Source: the human T2T-CHM13v2.0 reference genome, Homo sapiens
Direction: 5' to 3' (one strand)
Length of the DNA: 64,000 nucleotides
Assembly (NCBI RefSeq): GCF_009914755.1
Contig: NC_060925.1
Shown here: piece after piece, positions 1 to 12,200 of the stretch
Layout of the letters: each line of letters begins with the position of its first letter
How positions within the stretch are numbered: position 1 is the stretch's first letter
The notes under the pieces: generated by a model
Seen by the model: the letters and a program-made list of their open reading frames with translations, nothing else
The model's database searches: none
Told to the model about the DNA's origin: nothing
Translations under genes and position numbers: made by a program

Positions 1-1094
1 CTTTTGTGTCTAACTTCTTTTCCTTAACATTACATTTGTGAGTCAAAGGATGTTACTTTTTAAAGCAGGAAAACTTCCTTGGTCTTTAGCAGAATTAAAT
101 CCCTGGGAAAAGGAAAGGAGGACTAAGCAGATGTGAGAGAATTGTGAGATCTCAAAGATCACAAAATTCTAACCAAGCCCCCTCCCCAAAACTAAACAAA
201 ATTAAACTTCTCAATTGAATTTTAATACATGTATTGTGTGAATGAGAGGCATCACCGTGTTCCGTACTGTGACCCTCCAATTCTAGAAACAAAGAGATTT
301 TAAGGAAATGGTCTCCTTGGTAACTGAACTGTAGGAAACTGTAGGAAAACCCTAGAAATGTCTCTTCTATTTGTGAAGGGTTTAAAATGGTCTCAGTCAT
401 AGAAAAGAAGGTTTAAGATCCAAACATATTACGGGTTGCTAGAGAAGGGTTAAAGTAAGAGAGGAAAACATGTGGAACATTTTTAATGACCTCACATTCC
501 TTTACACTGAGCAGAGCGACATGGTGCAGTAATGCCTGTTTATCTAGCCTAGAGAGTTTGAGCTGGAATGAAGTTTCATGTGTGAGAACTTTTACAAACC
601 ATACAGAGATGTATAGGTTATAAGGTGTTATAATTAAAAACATAAATATTATTTCAGATCTCAAATTTAAGTATAATCACTTTGTTATGTTAGGTGAAGT
701 ATTTTCTAAATGCTATCATCTAAAAGGGATTCACTTGACCCCTGATTGTCATGCAGAATTCTTGATTTAAATATTTGTACCAGATTTAAATGTCTGTATA
801 CCACTGGCATACAGACTTCCCAGAAAGTCCCTGAAGTGTCTGGAAACTCCCGGAAGTCCCCCTACCTTCATTCCAAACTCCAATTTTAGTGTTACAAAGC
901 TAGGTTAGCAGAAGGAGAGAAGAGTATCTCTAAAATTTTGCTTAAATGCAAAATAAAAAATGTTAACCTCTATGCCCTATTTAACTATGTCGCTTGATAC
1001 CTGTACTGTTGCAACAGCTGTCTATTGTTCTCCTGTCTCGATGTACCTAATGCCAATGTAGCCTATAGACAGTAAAAATCACAGCATTTTTTGG

Positions 1095-1295
1095 AAGGGG
1101 CACTAACTGTGTGCTGGGCATCATGCTAGACAACTTGTATTCATTCCTTCCTTTAATCCTCACAATACTTGAGGTAGCTCTACCCTCATTTCACAGATGA
1201 GGAACCTGAGACTCAAACAGTTTACATTATTTGCCCAAGAACAGTAAGTGTTAGAACTAGAACTTAAATCCACAGCCTATGCTCTGAATCCACTG
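1095..1295 (-). mobile_element. MIR
   Basis: MIR core cattt(c)acagatgaggaacctgagactca. Confidence 0.7.
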
Positions 1296-1739
1296 TATTG
1301 CACAGTAGGCAAGTTCCAGTGTGTCATAATTGCTGTGGAAGATTCAAGGCACATCTTTGGTCAGAATGCTGAAACAGGCCCTTATTTTGCTTCATGGTTT
1401 GACAGTTGATTCTTAATTCAGCTCTGCTTTAAATCTATTCTTGGAAGAATCTTCTTTTAAATTGTATTTAATAGATTCTAAGTGATATTCCAGTAATATG
1501 TAAAGTTTCTAAAGAGCTTAACCCAACCAATGGTCAATGCCAGGAAAATTGTCTGGTTTTGAGTTTTGAATTGCACCATGCATCCAACTGCATATACACA
1601 CCCAACAGTGGGAGATTTGTGCAAATATCCATGATTCCCTGCATACCTGCAAGTACATTTAGAAGTGAATGCGTCTGTAAGGAAGGGAATGAAATATTCC
1701 TAAAGCCAAATTTGCTGCCTTCCCTCTAAATCTGACTTT

Positions 1740-2190
1740 CTTTTCTGATGTTTGAGTTTCTATTCTCCTACTCATCCAAATGTCAATGCTTGAGATGTCT
1801 TTGGTTGTTCCTTTCTTCCTTGCCCTTCACATCCCAACAGCACCAAGTTCAGTTCATTATTCCCTTATAATGTCATTGTATGTATCCATTTTTTATACTA
1901 CTGCGTTATTAAATGAAACATTTACCATCTTATGAACGATCTACAATAGCCTTCTAACAGATTTCTTTATTTTCACTACCACCCTTGCAAAGTCTTTTTC
2001 AATGTTAGCCAGATTAATTTTCCTAAAACTCTCTTTTATTGTTTCACTTACTTGCTTAAACGCTTTCGCTGGCCCCTCATTGCCAAGCAAATAAAGTTCA
2101 AACACTTTTCCTTGGCATTCAAGGCCTTCGCATCTGCCTCAGGATTCCTGGCCAAACTTACCTTCCACAACTATCGTGCATAAACCTCTA
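1740..2190 (+). mobile_element. LINE-2 fragment
   Basis: ctacaatagccttctaac...tcacttacttgcttaaacgcttt...ttggcattcaaggccttc. Confidence 0.55.
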
Positions 2191-2865
2191 CTCCACAGAG
2201 GGTTTCCTAAATACATCTTGTGTATTAGATTACTTTCACCTTTGAATCACTCTTGGTTTACAAAATATGTACAGAAAACACTTTATTTCACCACAATAAA
2301 CCTTTGATTTAGCTGAATTTTTTGATTAGTAGAATTATTTACATGTTTTGATGCCTTTAAAACATAATGAAGCTATGTGTTTTAGGTTCTTGTCATCTCT
2401 GAATTACAAATTTAACCATATCCTAGAAATTTGGAGCATCTGACAGCTGTTCTGTTATCTGCCTGATTTTTTAACAATTAAATATATACTTGCGTTTGGC
2501 CTTTCTTAAAGATATTCATGAGTCTAGATAAGAGTTAGCTTTCTCATGTAACAGAGAAACTGAAAAATTCAAATGGCTTATTTTTACTAGGCTTAAGTTA
2601 ATTGCTGCACTACTGTAAAATAATGATACTTAAACAAAAATTTACTTTTTTAAGCACTCAATCACAGTGAGATAATGGGGTAAGGGAATGGGCACCGGAC
2701 TTCAAGTCAGAAGATTATGGATTCAACTGAATGCTGTGTGACCTAGCACAAGATACTTAAATTCTTGGAACTTGTTTCTGTATCTATAAAACTGGAATAC
2801 TAATACATGTTTCTTCAGTGTGTGATAAGAATTGTCATATAACTTATGAAGCCACTTAGTATATA

Positions 2866-3058
2866 CCATACTTCATCGATTCTCACATTCACTTCTTTTT
2901 ATTTAATATTTCTGAAATGAAGATGCATCTTATACTCAATGGCATCTTGACATCCTGTCAAAGTTTGATTGATGGTATTTTTTTTTGTCTGAATAGTCAG
3001 CACATATGATAGTAGTGTTTCTTAAAATCACTGGTGTCTTAGAGTTGATGAGATACAG
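2866..3058. mobile_element. MER104-like Tc2/mariner MITE
   Basis: TA-flanked diverged TIRs ccatacttcatcgattct ... agagttgatgagatacag. Confidence 0.6.
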
Positions 3059-3734
3059 TAGCTGGCGTTCCCACTCTCAGTGTTGTGCACCATATTCATC
3101 CTCTCCATTTTCATCCTGCAACAAAATGCCCCTCCCCCTGAGACTCCCACATAGTGTTCATACTTTAGTTTGTTTTTATATATTAGCTAACTATGCAACC
3201 TCATGTCAGTCCCCATCACTGTTAACTAACTTCTATTGTAAACTTCTGGAAAACAGAGTGCATCTCTTTCACTTGTTTATAAATCAACCTGCATAGTTAT
3301 ATAAGATTCTGTATTTAATAAATATTCACTTACTGGTGCTAATTTCACTTTTGAGACGACACTGAAACTTGGCATCTCAATAATTTTCCAGTGATTTTGG
3401 TAAAAGCTAGGGAAAGGACTGCGAATGCCAAGGAATGGAAAACGTGTGATTACATAGGTTTCTTCACATCACTGTTTTCTGTTGAAAATACTGCTTCTTA
3501 CCTCATAGTACCTTCCCTCTTCTATAAGCCAAACAGCTCCAGACAATATTGTGAAATGCTCACAAAGCCAGCAGGCCCTGTTCTGGTGATGGCTGGGTTT
3601 GGCCTTCTTCTACTCATCTCTATCATCCTTCAGTGTGGACAGCCAAAAGACAGAGGGAAACTGTTACTGTCACCAGTACTGGGGATAGAGACAAAACAAA
3701 AGTAAACAGACGCTTGGTGCTTCACTTTTCCCAG

Positions 3735-3764
3735 GGTGGACTTTGGTGGACTTTGGTGGACTTT
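3735..3764. repeat. (GGTGGACTTT)3 tandem repeat
   Basis: Three perfect 10-mers. Confidence 0.95.
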
Positions 3765-3853
3765 GTCCAGACTCTGACTGCCACAGCCATGTTTCTACCT
3801 CCACTCAGTCACTCATTTATTCCCATTTTTATTTCTCTGTGGTGATCTGACAG

Positions 3854-4080
3854 GTTAAAGATTTCATAAATTCCGAGCTCCTAGCACAGTTGTATTCTTC
3901 AGAGGACCAAAATACCCTGATGGAGGAATCTGCTGAGCAGGCTCAGCGCCGGGATGAGATGCTTCGAATGTATCAAGCACTGAAAGAAGCCCTTGGGATA
4001 ATTGGGGACATCAGCACGGCCACCGTGTCCACTCCGGCACCCCCTCCAGTGGATGACTCCTGGATACAGCACTCTCGCAG
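3854..4080 (+). CDS. DNM3: Dynamin-3 internal exon (end of GTPase effector domain and start of PRD)
   Basis: ctgacag|GTTAAAG acceptor and CGCAG|gtaaga donor. 227 nt, phase 0 to 2. Translates [75 protein letters not shown], a typical dynamin GED C-terminus (ORF track 3890..4084). Confidence 0.97.
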
Positions 4081-4096
4081 GTAAGAAGATGGCCCC

Positions 4097-4459
<363 letters not shown>

Positions 4460-4671
4460 CTAAACCAAGATGGACCTACAGAAAAAGGGGAAAAGATATT
4501 TACATTCAGGAGTAAGGATCAGATTATACTAACTCCCTTAAAAATGCAGCACAGTGCATCCTCACAATGGAATGTTATATAGTCACTAAAAAGAACAAGA
4601 CAGTTCTATTAAGTCCTAAAATGAAAAGATAATCCAGTTAACGGGAAGCTTTAAAAAAAAGGGAGGTTGTA

Positions 4672-4989
<318 letters not shown>

Positions 4990-5292
4990 CTATGGTATAC
5001 AGAAAAGCAATTCATATATATAGAGAGAAAATATATACTTATACAAATGTAGAATACAGTTAAAAAGGATGCACAAGAAACTTCTATAGTTGTTTCAACA
5101 GAGTGAAGGGGTAGGGAGAGGAAAACTTACTTTTCTCCATTTACCCTTTTATCCCTTTGACTTTCATGACATGAATTGGACTTATTCAGTCAAAAAATAA
5201 TTTTTAAAAAGCAGGAAGTTACAAAACATTTTTAGAGATTAATTCAGACAGAAAGGAGGAGTGAGCAAACTATGATTTCTCTTTTTCCTCAG

Positions 5293-5529
5293 GTCACCTC
5301 CTCCAAGCCCCACAACCCAAAGGAGGCCAACACTAAGTGCTCCCCTCGCAAGGCCCACATCCGGCCGAGGACCAGCTCCTGCCATTCCCTCTCCTGGCCC
5401 CCACTCTGGGGCTCCTCCAGTCCCATTCCGTCCAGGCCCATTACCTCCTTTCCCCAGCAGCAGTGACTCCTTCGGAGCCCCTCCACAAGTTCCATCTAGG
5501 CCTACGAGGGCCCCGCCCAGTGTCCCAAG
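5293..5529 (+). CDS. DNM3: Dynamin-3 proline-rich domain exon
   Basis: ctttttcctcag|G acceptor and CCAAG|gtaagg donor. 237 nt, phase 2-2. Reads [78 protein letters not shown], in frame with the previous exon. Confidence 0.97.
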
Positions 5530-6619
5530 GTAAGGCATGGAGCAGAAATTGGGGGGGTAGTGCGCCTTGGTTCTCTTCTCATAGAATGACAGACAAAATT
5601 TATTTGAAAGAGAAAATTGCAAAGATCTTATCGTACGTGTTTGCAGTTTTCACAATGAACAGAGACTATAGGAAAATTGCCAACCCTGTTATGCCATTTA
5701 AAAATCACTTGTGATCATTGAAATTTCTCATTTATCAATTGGCACAAACTAAATAGGACTAAAGAACACTCCGTCCCAATGAATGACATTTTGGCAGCTA
5801 TTGGGAGAATTTGAGGGCTTTGAAACAAAAGAGCTATGGAGGATTGTAGCAAGCTGTGTGTTCTATAGGTCATGAGAGTTCCATGGACTAAAGTCTTGCC
5901 TTCTCCATTATCAAAAGAATTCTTGAAAACCACTGACTTAGAGAATTTTATCCATCTGCCTTCTGAACTGTGATCCTTATACTCAATTTTACCAATTTTC
6001 ATATAGGCTGAATAAATCTGGCTGATTGATCTGCAATTGTTTTTTTAAAAACTACACATAGAAATTTTAATATAGGCATGATTGTTGTATACAGTCACTA
6101 ATCATATATAAGATAGATCATTGTACATCTGAATAATACGTGTTGACAATTATAAGTGGATTTTCAGGCTTAATTGTGAAACAATATAGCTAATAAATAA
6201 TGGACCTAGAAACACACATAGTTGGAGCTGTAGTCTCACCTTCCTATACTTACAGTCAAAATATACACAATGAATATAATCAGAGATTTTTAAGGTATAA
6301 AGTACTAAGGTTTTTTTCCCCCTCAAAATCAGAAATATAAAGAGGAAAGAAAATTAGCCCATATATAAAGTTAATTTTTAAAAAATTCAATTCAGGGAAT
6401 TAAAATATTTATACACTCCATGAAGGAATATCTGACTGTATATGAACCATAAAAACAGATGTGACTTCTACCCATCCCTGAAGCCTGAGCCACCTTGCCA
6501 ACTGATTATGGCACTTACGTTTTATTTTAATCTTCAAGTTGTTAAGCGTAATGAAGAGAAGAGAAGAAGGGGGATCTTAAGCTAGTACACAGAGGGTGGT
6601 ACAGCAAGAATAGGCAGGA

Positions 6620-7130
6620 GATTTGCAGTCAGAAGACCTGGGTTACTGAAGGTCTTGGGCAACTCATTTAACTCTGAGATGGGAGTTCTTTATCTGTGAA
6701 ACAGGGAGAACTCAATAAGGTTGTTCCCCAGATCATATGACATGAGGTATTTGAAAGAGTTTGATACACTGTAAAGACTACAGTTGTTACCACTGTTATC
6801 ATTTTGGTCCTAAGCAAAGAGGATATATACACACTCTCAATCCAATTTTTTTTCTCTAAATTCAATAGACTTGGCTTATAAATTATTTGGAATGGTGCTA
6901 AATTTCTAGTAATAGCAGTACTAGCAATAGCCAACATTTATTGTGCCCTCAATATTACTAGGCATTGCCCTAAGAACTTTGTATATACATTTTTGTTTAA
7001 AGCTCACAACAAATAGGTTGTTATCCACATTTTACAGATGAGGCAGTGAGGTTAAACAGCTTGCCCAAGGCTGCTCAGCCAGTCCCTAGTGGAGCTGGAC
7101 TTTAATCCCATGCAGTCTGCTTCCAAAGCC
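6620..7130. mobile_element. Two oppositely oriented MIRs (about 6620-6800 on +, about 6935-7130 on -)
   Basis: cttgggcaactcatttaactctg...atctgtgaaac and cattttacagatgaggcagtgagg cores. Confidence 0.65.
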
Positions 7131-7148
7131 ATTTCCTGACCATGACCC

Positions 7149-7347
7149 CAGGGTTATTCAGCCTCATCAGTACTGACGTTTTTGTTGTGGAGGGCTGTCC
7201 TGTGTATTGTAAGATGTTTAGCAGCATCCCTCCCCTCTACCCTCTAGATTTCAGTTGCAGTCCCCAGTTGTGACCACTAAAAATATCTGTAGACACTCCC
7301 AATGTCCCTTAGGGGAGTAAAATTCCTCTCCACGTGAGAACCACTGC
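7149..7347. mobile_element. MER20-like hAT MITE
   Basis: gggctgtcctgtgtattgtaagatgtttagcagcatccc...tgagaaccactg. Confidence 0.75.
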
Positions 7348-10164
7348 ACTGTAGTATTCGAAAGAATTCCCTTCCATGTAAAACCATGAATTTCAGCATT
7401 GAGCCTTGCTACAAGCAAGATCCAATTTATTATTTTAGAAAACCTCAAATTGACTAGGAAAGTGTCTGCCATTGTACCAGGAAGGTATTGAGGCCATTGG
7501 AAGAGGAAGAGTTGAGAGTGGGAAGGCTGGAGTGCCATGCAGGAGCTACTTTTGTCTGTCTAGCTGTGAGAAAAAACCAGAGCAAACTGGTGGTGCCTGT
7601 CCTGGGGAATGAACATGCATGTTCTGCCTGCTTGCTTGACTGCTTTACCTGTGGGTTTCAGATGAGCTAGCTTGCCAGTACCCTTCAGAAAAATCAACTT
7701 TTGAATGCTAAGCTGACTTGTTAAGCAGGGTGGAGTTGCCGTTGGTATTTTCCAGCTCGCACGAACAAGGCAGCCGGATGAGAATGAGTAGCCCGAGCTG
7801 GATGGCCGGCACATGGGCAGCAGGGCTTAATGAGACTACATTAGGGAATTTATAGGATGACAGTTGCCTTATTTGAAATTTCTAGAATACTCTCAAGTTA
7901 GAACCAGACTTTACTTGATCTGGCCATGCAAAGAGTCCCAAATTTAAAACAGAAATGAAAGTACAGGGTAAAAGAGGAAAGTTTGTTGTTTTGTGCTGAG
8001 CCTTCAAGTTTCTGTGCTGGTTCAGCGCTTTGGGAGGGAAATCCCGGGGAAGGGGGCTGGGGGAGGGGTGGTCACCTGAGAGAGGGCAAGAAAGACTCTG
8101 TCAGGATCCCCATGCCTGTTAAATCCAGCTTTAGATGGAGAGTTCTGACCACATAAAGTCTGTTTTTAATAAAAGCCAGAGCAGGAATCCTACCAAATAC
8201 AAGCCAGAAATGGGGTTTAAGATTTCAAAAAAAGAAAGGAAGAGAGAACGAGAGAAAGAAAGAAATTGAGAGAAGCGCTTGTTGAAACTTCACCTTATTC
8301 TGTTTGTTTAATATATTCTATTTCCCCTCTGTGCTTTGCCTCCATTTTCTCTATCAAAAACTTAGAAAGTTGAAATGCCATTATCCATCATCTCTGGGAA
8401 AACAACCCTTTGTTTTCAGAGAAGGAAGTTTGATTTTTTTTTTCAAGTTTTTTACTTTCTTAAGGGTCCTTTCTCCTCTTGTATCTGAAACCAGAAACCT
8501 ATAACATGACAAGACAGCACAAAAGGTGTCCCGCCAGCTCCCTGTTGGGCTTTAATATTACAAAGGCAATAACTGAACTTTTAGAGACAAGAGATTCTGC
8601 CATTCAGCATGTGCTTGTGCATAGTTTTCTTCTGGATAATTCACGACTTCATTAGCAAGTTATGATCTTGACTTTTAAGAGCATATATACTTTTATGTTA
8701 ACGCCATTCAAAGGTAATCAAAGCACACTTGCAATTGTACAGAAACCATGAGTGTTCTCCTTTTAAAAAATATATATTATTGTATCTTTCCATTCCAATA
8801 TAAAAGGAGAGGAAGGAGAGAGGTGGTGGAGTCATTTTTGGCCCAGCTTTTCTCAGCTGCTCAAGCTGTTCTGGTTTATGTGCATGGAGCCTTTCAGTTA
8901 GGGAGCTGGAAATATTGCAAACTACATGCCTGTTTTAATTAATTCCACTTGAACTAGAGAAGCATCTCTATCCCAAAGAGATTCACTAGTATGTATGCTT
9001 CTGTCATTGGTAACTTGAGTATACACAAATCAGTGATTTGTGGAACATTTTCTATTGCCAGAATATCTGGATTGTCACCTCCCCTCTCACCTCCATTCAA
9101 CTTCTCTGAAGGGGCTAAATGCTGTTTGAAAATCCAATCCAGTGTGTATTTACTTAACAAGATGATCTTAAACAGACATCACCACCTCTTTAGGGTTCCT
9201 ATTCTCTTAATTGAAGATCCTGATCTTCATCAGACATTAACTTTAGAGCTGATGTAACTATTTTCAGATATAGCTTCTTAAAATTAGTTAATTGGGAATC
9301 ACAGTCTTTGACATTAACGGAACAAATTCACTGAATCCGAGTGTGTTTTTCCTGGCAATAATGAACTCTGGCATTATTTCACTCATTTGTCTTCTTCCCT
9401 TTCCTTGGACTAAGCTATTTTGCAATAGTCAAAAGGGGATAAGGGTGGGAGGAAGGGTCTCCAACCAAGCAAGAAGAAACTTTTTTTTTTAACCTCATCA
9501 CTCAATATTCAAGTACTTTTTTTGACCACCCTTGTTCACCAAGTATGATGGTGTCTCTTTAAAAAGACAAAACTGAATCATTCGAAAGGATTTGGGTTTT
9601 ACTCCAGCTCATCAAAATGACATAAACACAATATGGAAACCAAGAAATGCTCCCTTGAAGGAGTCTCTGGTGAGCCCCTTAGTGAAGCTGATGTCCCACC
9701 CTGCAAGGGCAGTCCCAGAGTAGCATCAAGATTATTCCAGAGTGTCTCACTCATGCCCATCCCATGACTTAGGTGGCTTCCTTGACTTATGTGGCACACT
9801 TTAAGAGTTTCATTGTAATCCCACATTTTCAGTAATTTATTACAAATCGACCATGCCAAAAGATTTATTAATCCTTCTACATAGGCAATCAATGCATGCA
9901 TATTCTTTTCTTTACAAAGACAAAAGCCATTTAATCCTCCTTATAATTTAGTTTAATTCTGTTTCAAATGTTTGACCTTGATGGCCTGCAGTGCTCTATC
10001 TCTTTTATGTATTTTACATATTGTTATAACTGACAATTAATATAAAGTCCCTTTCACTTAGGGATACGATCTCCTTGTTTCGGTTTTGTAGCCAGTCCCC
10101 CAAATTTTGCATGAGGACAAATTCACGATTCTTATGAGTGTGTCTTTGAATCCCTTACGTCAAG

Positions 10165-10201
10165 GTTTGGTGCCATGAAGGATGAAGCTGCTGAGCCCTG
10201 A
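10165..10201 (+). CDS. DNM3: Alternative dynamin-3 C-terminal exon encoding (R)FGAMKDEAAEP*
   Basis: tcccttacgtcaag|GTTTGGTGCCATGAAG. Phase 2, in frame with exon 5293-5529, TGA at 10199-10201. It resembles a short dynamin-3 tail variant I recall. The 3' boundary of the exon is uncertain (possible weak donor after 10216). Confidence 0.7.
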
Positions 10202-11892
10202 AGTCGTGGGCTAAGGGTACACGGACAATTAAGCAACTTAAGTGACTAGCCTGTGTCTGATTCCCCTGCAGTCATGTACTGAAAACCTCCTGACTTACTG
10301 TCTTTTCAACAGCCCTCTAAAAGAAGTCTGACTTCTTTTAGCAGCTGAATGTCATTTGGACAAATGAGGAACTCATCTTGTGACCTCTGATGTCAGCCAG
10401 GAGCTTTCTATTTTTCTCACCATCCTCCCCCTTTAAAAAACAAATACATAAATTTATCATTGGGCATTGTGATTTTTCATGGAACAGTTTTTATTTTTAG
10501 CAACTGGCTTTCAAAGCAAGGAAAGATTTTTTTTTAAGCATAATTACTAAGAATAGAAACAACTTTGAGGTGTTCTTTTTGATTCTTAATATTTAAGGTG
10601 TCTCATGACATTTGAAGTCTCTAAATGTCATTAATCATTTGTTGCAGGTTTAATATGAGTTGTCATGATGCTTAATATACTTTAATGAAAATAGAATTTT
10701 GGCCACATGCTGTTCATTAAAGAAAATATCCAATTTAATATAAGTCCCTCAATTAAAAATCCCATCAAAAGCCTTGTTCCAATTTCACCATGATTCTGGC
10801 TATAACACAATTATTTCATTGGAGTGAATCAATGGTTAATGTCAAAGTTTTTAATTCTTCAAGTCTTGGTTTCAATCTGGTTTAAGTGAAAGTAAAATTA
10901 GTTTGGTGGTTTCCTTCTTGAGTCTTGCAAACTTGAGTCTACCTTACACAAACATCTCCATCCTGCCACGGTTCGGATGACTGGCAGTCTGTTTAGGCGA
11001 GGCCCAGAAACAGAAAGCAAGTCTTGTGAAAGTCAGAATCTGGGAGCTTTGCAGATGCGTCAAGGTAGCCTTCAGATTGCCTCTCTGTTTTCAATGTGTC
11101 CCTTATCTCACTCTTCCAAACATCCTATGCTGTAAGAGGGTAAAAGGAAAAGGAAAATAAGAAAGGATCTACATAAGGCAAAGTACAAGTAACATAAATG
11201 CAGACAGCAGCAGTAAATATAACAATATGCTGCTGTTAGCCCAGTGGTAACTGGCATTAAGCTAACCAAACACAACTGCTTCCACATCCCATGACAAATA
11301 ATAGCAAATAGCTCTGTCATTGTTCTCTTTGGGGCTCTAAATTGTTGAAGCTTCAGCCATTGCAGGGAAAGCCTTCCTGAGTTTCAGGGGACCCAGCCCT
11401 GCCCTGAGTTTCACCTGACTGATAGAGGAAAACAGCCAAGACAGGAGTCTGGCAGAGAAGCCACTGGCCAGTGAAAAATGCACAGTAGAGGATTATTATT
11501 CTTCCTGCAACCAGTCAGTAGCAAATTGTCACCAGTTGGAATCTGCTGAATATTCCTATATACAAGTTAATGTTAGCTCAAAGAAAGGGGAGTTTAAAAA
11601 AAAAAGTTTTGCCCAGTGTAAGCAGATACAGATTTGTAGATGACACACAAGCTAGTACTTCTATTTCATCACTGCACTTCGTTGTTTCCCTCACTTGTAA
11701 GAAAAGAATGATTTTTACAGGGAAACCTTCACATTCAGACAGTTCTTGTTATTTCTTGTTTTAACGACGTCAACGATTCATGGCATGACATTGCTCATAG
11801 CTCTTTCACCTCTAAATTTTATCCAAGCAACAAATTAGAAGAAAGGACTGCTGGGGAACTTCTTCCTTCTTTCTGTGAAAGATCAGAAGCAA

Positions 11893-12200
<308 letters not shown>

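Noticed and set aside
5239-5714. ORFs of 125-127 aa around the PRD exon
   Set aside because: Off-frame or antisense shadows of C-rich proline codons that cross the splice sites.
11200-11240. miR-214/miR-199a of the DNM3 opposite strand
   Set aside because: Only a 7-nt ACAGCAG coincidence. I did not see the mature sequences, and that cluster lies in an earlier DNM3 intron outside this window.
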